A DNA stretch of 53,599 nucleotides from Bacillales bacterium UBA3835 (GTDB lineage Bacteria > Bacillota_I > Bacilli_A > RFN20 > CAG-826): the NCBI GenBank assembly GCA_002392945.1, contig DGHZ01000010.1:1-53599 (forward strand). The letters are read 5' to 3'. The notes below the pieces were generated by a model. That model was not told the origin of the DNA. It saw only the letters and a program-made list of their open reading frames with translations, and made no database searches. The position numbers were made by a program, and so were the translations under genes. Within the stretch, counting starts at the first letter, position 1, and each line of letters opens with the position of its first letter. Positions 1 to 7,907 of this stretch are shown here, one piece after another.

Positions 1-595
1 TAATAGTTGGATGTCTTTTTACTCCATGTAAAGCATGGCCACCTTCTAAAGAAAGAGCACCTAAAGTGACCCCATGATACATCTTTACGTAGTTACCAAT
101 TTCACTAGTTTCACCTATAACAATGCCAGTGCCATGGTCAATAAAGAATGGACAACCAATCTTACAAGCTGGATGAATATCTATACCAGTTTTAGAGTGA
201 GCAATCTCAGTAATGATTCTAGGAACATAACACACTCCTAATTTATATAGTTCATGAGCGATTCTATAATATGCAATGGCCATAAATCCAGGATAAGCCA
301 TAATGATTTCATCTTTACTATCCGCAGCAGGATCTCCTTCATAGAAGAAATCTAAATCTTTATCTAATTTAGCTTTAATATCATCAATAACTAAAGCAAA
401 CTTGTCCCAAGTAGTATTACAAATAGATTTTAGATAAATCTTTTTGATAATTTCTAATTTCTTCTTTTTAAAAGAAGATATATCATCTCCAGCATCCTCA
501 AAATAATTAGGATACATATAGGATTTGAGCTCTTTTAAAAACTCTTTCACTTCATTTCTTTTAGGAAATGTTTCAAAACACTTATTCATTTTCAT
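1..595 (-). CDS. cysE: Serine O-acetyltransferase, 3'-truncated by the window edge (N-terminal ~198 aa present)
   Basis: Minus-strand frame is open from ATG 595-593 to position 2, and is absent from the ORF track because there is no stop in the window. Translation reads MKMNKCFETFPKRNEVKEF...GIDIHPACKIGCPFFIDHGTGIVIGETSEIGNYVKMYHGVTLGALS...HPTI. It shows hexapeptide-repeat beta-helix sequence and the IDHGTG/VIGET signature of serine acetyltransferases. Confidence 0.85.
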   Translation of the reverse strand, partial: MKMNKCFETFPKRNEVKEFLKELKSYMYPNYFEDAGDDISSFKKKKLEIIKKIYLKSICNTTWDKFALVIDDIKAKLDKDLDFFYEGDPAADSKDEIIMAYPGFMAIAYYRIAHELYKLGVCYVPRIITEIAHSKTGIDIHPACKIGCPFFIDHGTGIVIGETSEIGNYVKMYHGVTLGALSLEGGHALHGVKRHPTI

Positions 596-727
596 AACAC
601 ATATATTATGCGTGTAAGCGAAAAAAACTGCAATTAATACAATTAATTATTGACTTAATAAATCTTGGGGCTTTAAATATAACTAGATGATTTGTAGGAG
701 CTAGTTCTCCGGTGCTAACAAGTCGAA

Positions 728-1105
728 TTATGTTCGATCGGCAGAATCATCTTTTTTTAATTTTTGATATAGTTTTCTAATAGCGTCATCATCTTCCTCG
801 TCCATCAGCCATCCTTCTCGACGCCTTCTAAATCTATCCTTAGTATCTTCTTTAATCTCGCATACATAGTATGAATCTCTGATGTCTTTTGGATTAGGAT
901 TCTTTTTTAATTTGACAACTAGTCCATTTTTAATTGAATTTGAATGTGTCACTGAAACATAAATATAGATATTTCCTTTTTCTAAAAACACATAAGCAGG
1001 ATGCCATCCAAAAGAAATCTTTTTATTATTTGAGATCATTTCAATTTTGTGGAACCTAAATTCCTTCTTTTTACGTGCAATTGCGTTTTTGTTTTTGCTT
1101 TTCAT
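728..1105 (-). CDS. Hypothetical 125-aa protein with a Lys/Arg-rich N-terminus, a beta-rich core and an acidic C-terminal tail
   Basis: ORF track. ATG is preceded by a strong SD (AGTGAGGAG, 5-nt spacer). No family recognised by eye. The 5' region is shared with recA (see regulatory feature 1111-1158). Confidence 0.6.
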   Translation of the reverse strand: MKSKNKNAIARKKKEFRFHKIEMISNNKKISFGWHPAYVFLEKGNIYIYVSVTHSNSIKNGLVVKLKKNPNPKDIRDSYYVCEIKEDTKDRFRRRREGWLMDEEDDDAIRKLYQKLKKDDSADRT

Positions 1106-1110
1106 AAATA

Positions 1111-1158
1111 CTCCTCACTATATACAGACTCAAAAAAACGCAATCCTTGTGAAAAAAA
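1111..1158 (-). promoter_or_regulatory. Bipartite conserved 5' element (minus sense TTTTTTTCACAA-N18-TCTGTATATAGTGAGGAG), copy 1 of 2, upstream of the 125-aa ORF
   Basis: Plus-strand blocks CTCCTCACTATATACAGA (1111-1128) and TTGTGAAAAAAA (1147-1158) are identical in sequence and in 18-nt spacing to 45073-45090 and 45109-45120 upstream of recA. The element contains the SD and a TATATAGT -10-like box inside an imperfect palindrome. Confidence 0.5.
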
Positions 1159-1217
1159 TAAAAAATCAAAAATACTTATCTCTAATTGCTCTATAATATT
1201 TAAGCGAGGTACTTACT

Positions 1218-2123
1218 ATGTCAAAAGTTGAACTAACACTAAAAAGTGTTGATGGTTATGAATTATCTTTAGCGGTCTTTGAAGCTAAAAACCCAAAAGC
1301 GGTAATTCAGTTTATCCACGGAATGGAAGAATATAAAGAAAGATACGATGCATTTGCAGAATATCTATGTTCTAAAGGTTATACTTGTGTCACTTCTGAC
1401 TTAAGAGGACACGGCAAATCCGCTCCACTTCTTTCTCATATCTCCAATAAAAAAGGCGATAAATTAATCATTGCCGACCAAAAAGAAATTAGAAAATATA
1501 TCAAAAGAACATATGATAAGGACCTACCTCTATATTTATTTGGTCACTCCATGGGCACAATTATCTCTAGAGTTTTAATGCAAAGCGATGGCTCTAAATA
1601 TTCTAAAATTGCATTAAGTGGATATGTTAACCCAAACCCAATTGCAGGAGTTGGTAAAGCCTTAACAAAATGCATTAAATTATTTAAAGGTCCAAAAGGT
1701 CACTCTAAACTAATTAACGGACTCGCTGTTGGAGCGTTTAATAAAACTATTGAAAATCCAAGAACCCCATTAGATTGGCTTAGCTATAACAAAGAGAATG
1801 TTGATAAATATATTGCTGACCCACTTTGTGGAGTGGAGTTCACTCTTGGTAGTTTTGACGCCTTAATGTGCTTACTAGCAAAAATGGGTAAAGCTAAAAA
1901 ATATCAATCAGTAAAAGAAGATACTCCAATTTTATTAATTGCTGGTAAAGATGATCCTTGTACTGGATTTGATAAAGGCAGAGAATCCTCTAAAACCTTA
2001 TTAGAAAAAGTAGGCTATAAAAATGTTGAAGCTGTTACCTTAGATAATATGAGACACGAGATTCTAAACGAAAAAGAGAATCAAAAAGTCTACGAAGAGC
2101 TATTAAAATTCTTCGAAAAATAA
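1218..2123 (+). CDS. Alpha/beta hydrolase (lysophospholipase / monoacylglycerol lipase-like)
   Basis: ORF track 301 aa. Nucleophile elbow GHSMG, HG oxyanion motif (IHGMEEY) and C-terminal catalytic His (MRHEI). SD GAGGT upstream. Confidence 0.8.
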   Translation: MSKVELTLKSVDGYELSLAVFEAKNPKAVIQFIHGMEEYKERYDAFAEYLCSKGYTCVTSDLRGHGKSAPLLSHISNKKGDKLIIADQKEIRKYIKRTYDKDLPLYLFGHSMGTIISRVLMQSDGSKYSKIALSGYVNPNPIAGVGKALTKCIKLFKGPKGHSKLINGLAVGAFNKTIENPRTPLDWLSYNKENVDKYIADPLCGVEFTLGSFDALMCLLAKMGKAKKYQSVKEDTPILLIAGKDDPCTGFDKGRESSKTLLEKVGYKNVEAVTLDNMRHEILNEKENQKVYEELLKFFEK

Positions 2124-2147
2124 AAGAACCGCTTAAGCGGTTTTTTT
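2123..2147. terminator. Bidirectional intrinsic terminator between convergent genes
   Basis: Hairpin stem GAACCGC / GCGGTT(T) with loop TTAA, flanked by an A-run and a T7 run. The T-run overlaps the stop of the minus-strand ORF. Confidence 0.7.
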
Positions 2148-3270
2148 ATAACTCTCCAATTTGTCTTTTAAATGTTTGTCTTCTTTGACGGACAGTTTTC
2201 TCCATCCCTTTCCAGGTTTGAAGCATTTTACTATTCGTAGTCAAAACCGGATCCATAAAAATTTCAGTGATATGATGTTTCTTAAACGAATTAATAAAAC
2301 GGTCCACTACTAAGGCATGGACACCATAATTACGATATAAAGGATCTACTCCAATTAAGGCTAATTCCACCGCTTTCGGATTTTTAATAGTTAAAAGTAG
2401 AGGTATAGCCGCTCTAAACATTCTTCCTTTGGCGTTTCTTAAGACTTTACCAATAAATGGTAAGCCCACTCCAAAGGCCACAACATTATCGTATTTATCA
2501 ACAATGACAGAGAAATAGTTCCTATTTAAAATAGTGCCAAATTGTTTTAAGGTTGCTTTTTTAGATTCTCCTTCTACAGGAACAAAATTATCTAAAGCCG
2601 CATAACTTCTGTTATAACATTCAAAGAATTTATCTCCATATTCTTTAATAATCTTTTTAACAGGAAGCGTATCGCATAAATCACGATATCCTTGACTACG
2701 TAATTGCTCTGCGACTTCATGGAATCTTGGGTCAGTATGTTTAATATCAAATTGGAATTCAACCCATTCACTTTCTTTTTCAAAACCAAGGGATTCCATA
2801 ATCTTTATGTAATAAGGATAAGAATAATTAGTGGCATAATTTGATATTTTATCAAATCCTTCGGTTAACATTCCTTCTCGATCAGTGTCATTAAATCCCC
2901 AAGGTCCATGGATTGTTTCTAATCCATTTTCTCTTCCATAATCCATCACTGCTTTTATTAACGCTTTAGCGACTTCAACATCATTAATAAAATCAATACG
3001 ATTAAATCTGATGCATTTCTCATTAAATTTCTTGTTTGATTCATGATTGATAATGCCACATATTCTACCCACTAACTTACCGTCTTTATACGCTAAAAAG
3101 CATTTACAGTCACTAGTGCCCTTAGACAAGTTCTTGGTTTCATCTTGGATGACCATTTCGTCTTCGACAATACTAGGAACGTAATATTTGCATTTGCTAT
3201 ATAACTTTACAGGGAAAGTCGCAAATAGCTTCATTTGTTTTTTATTTTTAGCTTCAACAATCTCAATCAT
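2146..3270 (-). CDS. GNAT-like N-acetyltransferase family protein (two-domain, 374 aa)
   Basis: ORF track. The segment FLAYKDGKLVGRICGI...IRFNRIDF and the C-terminal LIGVDPLYRNYGVHALV resemble acetyl-CoA-binding GNAT folds. Substrate unknown. Confidence 0.55.
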   Translation of the reverse strand: MIEIVEAKNKKQMKLFATFPVKLYSKCKYYVPSIVEDEMVIQDETKNLSKGTSDCKCFLAYKDGKLVGRICGIINHESNKKFNEKCIRFNRIDFINDVEVAKALIKAVMDYGRENGLETIHGPWGFNDTDREGMLTEGFDKISNYATNYSYPYYIKIMESLGFEKESEWVEFQFDIKHTDPRFHEVAEQLRSQGYRDLCDTLPVKKIIKEYGDKFFECYNRSYAALDNFVPVEGESKKATLKQFGTILNRNYFSVIVDKYDNVVAFGVGLPFIGKVLRNAKGRMFRAAIPLLLTIKNPKAVELALIGVDPLYRNYGVHALVVDRFINSFKKHHITEIFMDPVLTTNSKMLQTWKGMEKTVRQRRQTFKRQIGEL

Positions 3271-3351
3271 TAATATGCGTTTCCTAAATAAACGCTTGTC
3301 TATTATATAGACTTATTAAGCATAAATAAAAGAGTTATTTTGTTTAAACGA

Positions 3352-3388
3352 AATAAAAAACATCAAGTTTTCTAAGATTCCTCGATGC
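3352..3388 (-). terminator. Intrinsic terminator downstream of the ECF S-component gene
   Basis: Hairpin CATCGAG...CTTGATG (7 bp, one mismatch) followed on the minus strand by TTTTTTATTT. Confidence 0.55.
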
Positions 3389-3416
3389 TTTTTTACTCTT
3401 CTTTTTTTGTAGATAC

Positions 3417-3980
3417 TTAATCCATTATTCTTAATAAACTTGGAGAAACTATCGCCGTGGTTAATATTTCAAAGATGAAGTTCACCCCAATCATTCCTAA
3501 GAATAACGCACTAGCGATATTATTTGGATTAATCTCGCTTAATCTCCCCATAAAAAACACTAAGCAGAATATGGCAAATATTCCAGTATTCACTATTGGA
3601 ACTAAAATCGAAGCAATAATGCTGCCTGTAGTCCTTTTATTATATTTTTTAAATAACATCATGATTAATCCCGCTACAACACCCGCTAAAGTTGTCTTTA
3701 AAAGACAAGTAAGTATTGTTCCAAAAGGACTAACAGAATAAAAATAAGATAATGTGGAAGGAGCTAAGATAGTCATTGTTCCAGAAACAAATCCTAAAAA
3801 ACCACCCACTACTGGTCCATATAACATCGCTCCAAGAGTGATAATAATTAAACTAAAATTTAAAGAAGTAAAGCCGCCTGGAACAACATAATTGCCAATC
3901 ACTTGAAGAACAATTTCAATTGCGGTCAATACTCCTGTAGTGGCGATCATTCTCGTATTAAAAAATCGACGTTTATTCAT
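3417..3980 (-). CDS. ECF transporter S (substrate-capture) component, substrate unknown
   Basis: ORF track 187 aa. About six hydrophobic helices. The N-terminal motif TRMIATTGVLTAIEIVLQ is typical of ECF S components. No adjacent ecfA/ecfT genes. Confidence 0.7.
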   Translation of the reverse strand: MNKRRFFNTRMIATTGVLTAIEIVLQVIGNYVVPGGFTSLNFSLIIITLGAMLYGPVVGGFLGFVSGTMTILAPSTLSYFYSVSPFGTILTCLLKTTLAGVVAGLIMMLFKKYNKRTTGSIIASILVPIVNTGIFAIFCLVFFMGRLSEINPNNIASALFLGMIGVNFIFEILTTAIVSPSLLRIMD

Positions 3981-4030
3981 AAGACATACATTATACGATT
4001 TTATTTATAAAAAGAAATGATTTTATCAAT

Positions 4031-4864
4031 TTATTTAATCAAAAACTCTCTAATGCGTTTTTTAGGGAATTTCTTATATTTAGGATATCCTGAGATTGTA
4101 AATAATCCTCTAGGAACAATATAACTACCGTGACTCGCCCTACTTGTGACTGCTTCTAATAAAGTTAAAGAAGCCTTATTCACACTATGGAAAAATGTAG
4201 AAACAAAGACCTTACCAACGTGTTTTAAAAATGAATCTAAGTCTCTAGTGATACTAGTAGAGGTAATCCCAGGTTCAGTTAAAACAAAATCTATATTTGG
4301 ATATGGATTCTCTTTCATTAATTTATATGTATAGGCCTCAACACACATTTTAGAGATGTTATATTCTTTAAATGTTTTGAAGTTGTTGCTGTTAATATCG
4401 GTCTTTTTATTTAGGTGAAAGCCCGCTACTAAAGAACCTTGAACAATAATTTTTGTTCTAGAAGTTAATTTAGGAGCAATATATTCAATAAAATATCTAA
4501 CTCCATAATAATTAACTCCAATGCTATAAGGATGGCCTTCCATTAAATCTTTAATTCTACTAATTACTCCAGCGTTTAACACAATTGAATCCACACTTGG
4601 ATATTTCTCCAAAAGAGCGTCTATCCCTTTTTTAATAGAACTATAAGAAGATTGGTCATATTCAATAATATCAATATTTTTATAATTCAAATCTTCCACT
4701 ATTGCTTCAGCTTTTTTGATATTTCTAGCAAGCAAAATGACATATGCATTCTTTTTAACTAAAAATTTTAAAAAGGATAAACCAATTCCAGAAGTGCCAC
4801 CAACCAGAACAATTTTTTGATTTGATAAATCTTCAATACTTGCTAAATATTTTTTAATCGACAT
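4031..4864 (-). CDS. SDR family oxidoreductase
   Basis: ORF track, trimmed to MSIKKY. The track start at 4894 is a TTG with an implausible hydrophobic extension. Rossmann motif VGGTSGIG and NAG motif (VLNAGV). The start codon is uncertain because neither candidate has an SD. Confidence 0.8.
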   Translation of the reverse strand: MSIKKYLASIEDLSNQKIVLVGGTSGIGLSFLKFLVKKNAYVILLARNIKKAEAIVEDLNYKNIDIIEYDQSSYSSIKKGIDALLEKYPSVDSIVLNAGVISRIKDLMEGHPYSIGVNYYGVRYFIEYIAPKLTSRTKIIVQGSLVAGFHLNKKTDINSNNFKTFKEYNISKMCVEAYTYKLMKENPYPNIDFVLTEPGITSTSITRDLDSFLKHVGKVFVSTFFHSVNKASLTLLEAVTSRASHGSYIVPRGLFTISGYPKYKKFPKKRIREFLIK

Positions 4865-4897
4865 ACCAACAATTATATAAGAAAAGAGAAACAAGTC

Positions 4898-4929
4898 TTT
4901 ACAACAAAAATTAGATTGTATACAATTTA
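4898..4929 (+). promoter_or_regulatory. Promoter (TTTACA-17 nt-TACAAT) overlapped by an OhrR-type palindromic operator
   Basis: Perfect palindrome ATTGTATACAAT at 4915-4926 (extends to 4912-4929 with one mismatched pair). The half-site words match the B. subtilis OhrR operator TACAATT/AATTGTA. It sits 28 nt upstream of the gpx ATG, and ohrR is the next gene. Confidence 0.6.
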
Positions 4930-4953
4930 TTTAGTGAATAGGAGGATGAATTT

Positions 4954-5433
4954 ATGTCAGTTCACGAATTTGTAGTTAAAAGTCAAAAAGGAGAAGACGT
5001 CTCCTTAAGCCAATATAAAGGTAAAGTGCTATTAATTGTTAACACCGCTACCAAGTGTGGATTTACCCCACAATATGAAGAATTAGAGGCCTTATATGAG
5101 AAATATCACGATCAAGGTTTTGAAGTTTTAGATTTCCCATGTAATCAATTCTTCCATCAAGCCCCACATAGTGATGAAGAAATCAATCAAATCTGTTCTT
5201 TAAAATTCAACACTAAATTCCCAAGATTTAAAAAAATTGATGTTAAAGGAGATAACGCTGAACCATTATTTACTTATTTATGTTCACAAAATGAAAAAGG
5301 TAAATATAAGAAAGTTAAATGGAACTTTACTAAATTCTTAATCTCTAGAGAAGGCGAAGTATTAGGAAGATTCGAACCAACTGAAAAGCCATTTGCCTTT
5401 GAAGAAAAAATTAAGGAAGCTTTAGCAAAATAA
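4954..5433 (+). CDS. gpx: Glutathione peroxidase family protein (Cys-type)
   Basis: ORF track 159 aa. Motifs LIVNTATKCGFTPQY (catalytic Cys encoded by TGT), FPCNQF and WNFTKFL. SD AGGAGG upstream. Confidence 0.9.
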   Translation: MSVHEFVVKSQKGEDVSLSQYKGKVLLIVNTATKCGFTPQYEELEALYEKYHDQGFEVLDFPCNQFFHQAPHSDEEINQICSLKFNTKFPRFKKIDVKGDNAEPLFTYLCSQNEKGKYKKVKWNFTKFLISREGEVLGRFEPTEKPFAFEEKIKEALAK

Positions 5434-5879
5434 TGAAGGAATTTAATCCTGACGATACTTTAAAATTATCTAATCAGTTATGTTTTCCTTTATATGCCTC
5501 TGGAAAAGAGATTACTAGGAAATATAAACCATTTTTAGATAAATTAGGTATTACATATACTCAGTATATAGTTTTAATGGTTCTTTGGGAAAAAGACCAT
5601 ATCTCGGTTAAAGAAATAGGAGAAAGGCTCTATTTAGATAGTGGCACTCTTACTCCTTTACTTAATAAATTATTAGTAAAAGGATATATATCTAAAAAAG
5701 CTTTACCCAGTGATAATAGAGAATTAATTATCTCTTTAACTAATAAAGGATTAGAATTAAAAAAAGAAGCATATGCTATCCCACCTCAAATTGCGAAAGA
5801 AGTTAAACTATCTCAAGAAGAGGCTAAGGAATTATATCGCCTACTATATAAAGTCTTAGAAGGTTTTAAAGATGAATAG
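5433..5879 (+). CDS. ohrR: Organic hydroperoxide resistance transcriptional regulator OhrR (MarR family, 1-Cys type)
   Basis: ORF track 148 aa. LSNQLCFPLYASGKEITRKYKPFLDKLGITYTQY and LYLDSGTLTPLL are near-identical to the remembered B. subtilis OhrR sequence. The start overlaps the gpx stop (TAATG). Confidence 0.9.
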   Translation: MKEFNPDDTLKLSNQLCFPLYASGKEITRKYKPFLDKLGITYTQYIVLMVLWEKDHISVKEIGERLYLDSGTLTPLLNKLLVKGYISKKALPSDNRELIISLTNKGLELKKEAYAIPPQIAKEVKLSQEEAKELYRLLYKVLEGFKDE

Positions 5880-6975
5880 AGAAAAACTAATTATTAGAAC
5901 AAGCATCATTGGTATATTAGGTAATGTTTTACTAGTTGCCGCAAAAGCCACAATTGGTATTATTGCCGGATCTATTTCTATAATCTTAGATGCTATTAAT
6001 AACTTAACTGACGCTTTAAGTAGCATTGTTACTGTTATTGGTACTAAATTATCTACTAAAAAGCCAGATAAAGACCACCCTTATGGACATGGACGTATAG
6101 AATACGTCACTAGTTTAATAGTCGCCATTATCGTTTTAATTGCTGGTGGCACTGCTATATATGAATCTATTAGTTCTTTAATTAGTGGCACCAAGGCTAA
6201 TTATACTTATATCAGTTTAATCGTTATTAGTGTTGCAATCTTATTTAAGCTCGCTCTTGGTTTATTCTTTAGAATAATGGGCAAAAAGACCAAAAGCGAT
6301 GCTTTAAAAGCTTCAGGTGTTGATGCTTTATTTGATGCATTATTATCACTCTCTACTTTAGTAGGTGCCATAGTAGCGATGTACGCTGGAGTCCATATTG
6401 AAGGATATCTAGGTATATTAATCGGCTTATTTATCATTAAAAGCGGCATTGAGTTTCTTCTTAATGCCATTAGTAGTATCGTTGGTAAACGTGCCGAAAG
6501 AGAAATTACTCTAGGAATTAAACAATTAGTGAATTCCTTCCCAGAAGTAATTGGTTCCTACGATTTAATCTTAAATGACTATGGACCAAATAGGTCAATC
6601 GGGTCCATTCATATCGAAGTTAGAGATGATTTAACCGCGAAAGAAATACATCCTTTAACAAGAAAAATCTCTTTAGCGGCCTATGAAAAATTTGGAGTAA
6701 TTTTAACAGTAGGAATCTACGCGACAAACTCTTCTGTACCAGAAGTAAAAGCTATTAGAGAAGACCTATATCGCTTAGTGAAAAATTATCCTTCAATTAA
6801 ACAAGTGCACGGTTTCTATGTTGACGTTGAAACTAATGTTGTTTCATTCGACATAATTATTGATTATGCTGCACCAAATCAAGAAGAAATTAAAAATTCG
6901 CTTGTTAAAGAACTAAGCGAACTCCATAAAAATTATCAATTCTTTGTTGTCTTAGATTACGATTTTGCGGATTAA
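5872..6975 (+). CDS. Cation diffusion facilitator (CDF) family metal efflux transporter
   Basis: ORF track 367 aa. Six TM helices, HPYGHGRIEY motif and a C-terminal cytoplasmic domain. 8-nt overlap with ohrR. Confidence 0.85.
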   Translation: MNREKLIIRTSIIGILGNVLLVAAKATIGIIAGSISIILDAINNLTDALSSIVTVIGTKLSTKKPDKDHPYGHGRIEYVTSLIVAIIVLIAGGTAIYESISSLISGTKANYTYISLIVISVAILFKLALGLFFRIMGKKTKSDALKASGVDALFDALLSLSTLVGAIVAMYAGVHIEGYLGILIGLFIIKSGIEFLLNAISSIVGKRAEREITLGIKQLVNSFPEVIGSYDLILNDYGPNRSIGSIHIEVRDDLTAKEIHPLTRKISLAAYEKFGVILTVGIYATNSSVPEVKAIREDLYRLVKNYPSIKQVHGFYVDVETNVVSFDIIIDYAAPNQEEIKNSLVKELSELHKNYQFFVVLDYDFAD

Positions 6976-7751
6976 CCGTAGACCTTAAATATAATCCAGT
7001 TCACAAGTCTTTTTGGTAAGATACGTGAAAGATAAACTAAAAATCTATAAGATAAGCCCACTACGTAATAAGTATTTGGGTTTTTCTTTTTGCTTATTTT
7101 AAAGATCTTTTTAGCAACTTTAATAGCAGGAACTCCTTTAGATTCATCTTTTTCCATTTTAGAAACTGATTTTGAAATATGATCTCCATATCTTCCATTA
7201 TCAACGCTTTTTTCTCTAGAAGCAGTAAAACCAGTTTTAGTGTCTCCTGGTAACACTGAAGTAACTTTTATACCTAGTGGTCTAAGTTCATTTCTTAATC
7301 CGTTTGAGAAAGCTAAAACACCTGCTTTTGTTACGGAATACATAGTTTGAAATGGAATAGAAATAGGACCCGCAACACTAGAGATATTAATAATTTTGCT
7401 ACCCTTATTCATAAACGGTAAACACGCTCTTGTGACGTTAACTAAACCTACCAAGTTAACATCAATTATTCTTCTAATTTCTGCTTCTGAATGATACTCA
7501 ATAGCTCCAGAGATACCCATTCCAGCGTTATTTATTAGTAAATTTATTTGATTTTTTTCTTTTGACGCAATTTGATCGATTGCGTTACTAATATCTATCG
7601 AGTTAGTAAGGTCACATTTAATCCAATTAACATTATCTAACTTAACTTCACTTCTATTCAAAATATAAACAGTATTCTGTTTATTTTCTGCGAATATTTT
7701 AGTGGTTTCTAATCCAATTCCACTGCTACCACCAGTAATTACAACAACCAT
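6972..7751 (-). CDS. SDR family oxidoreductase
   Basis: ORF track 259 aa. Motifs VVITGGSSGIG, NNAG and YSVTKAG (YxxxK). Its stop codon overlaps the stop of the convergent CDF gene. Confidence 0.85.
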   Translation of the reverse strand: MVVVITGGSSGIGLETTKIFAENKQNTVYILNRSEVKLDNVNWIKCDLTNSIDISNAIDQIASKEKNQINLLINNAGMGISGAIEYHSEAEIRRIIDVNLVGLVNVTRACLPFMNKGSKIINISSVAGPISIPFQTMYSVTKAGVLAFSNGLRNELRPLGIKVTSVLPGDTKTGFTASREKSVDNGRYGDHISKSVSKMEKDESKGVPAIKVAKKIFKISKKKNPNTYYVVGLSYRFLVYLSRILPKRLVNWIIFKVYG

Positions 7752-7907
7752 AACGGATATATTATATTGAAAATAAATTGATATGTAAAAGAGACAATTT
7801 TCTCACGTGCGTAACCTATCTTTATTAAAAAATGCTTGCAATCACTTCCCTAGATAAATATATTTATAAACAAATCTTAAAAATTAATGAAAGGAGAAAA
7901 ACTACTT

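Noticed and set aside
5040-5070. Possible selenocysteine in the glutathione peroxidase
   Set aside because: The catalytic residue in NTATKCGF is encoded by TGT (Cys), and there is no in-frame TGA and no SECIS-like hairpin requirement.
6972-6975. Convergent CDF and SDR genes whose stop codons overlap, with no terminator between them
   Set aside because: It is real in the sequence but is a common compaction feature. No further structure was seen, so it was not considered noteworthy.
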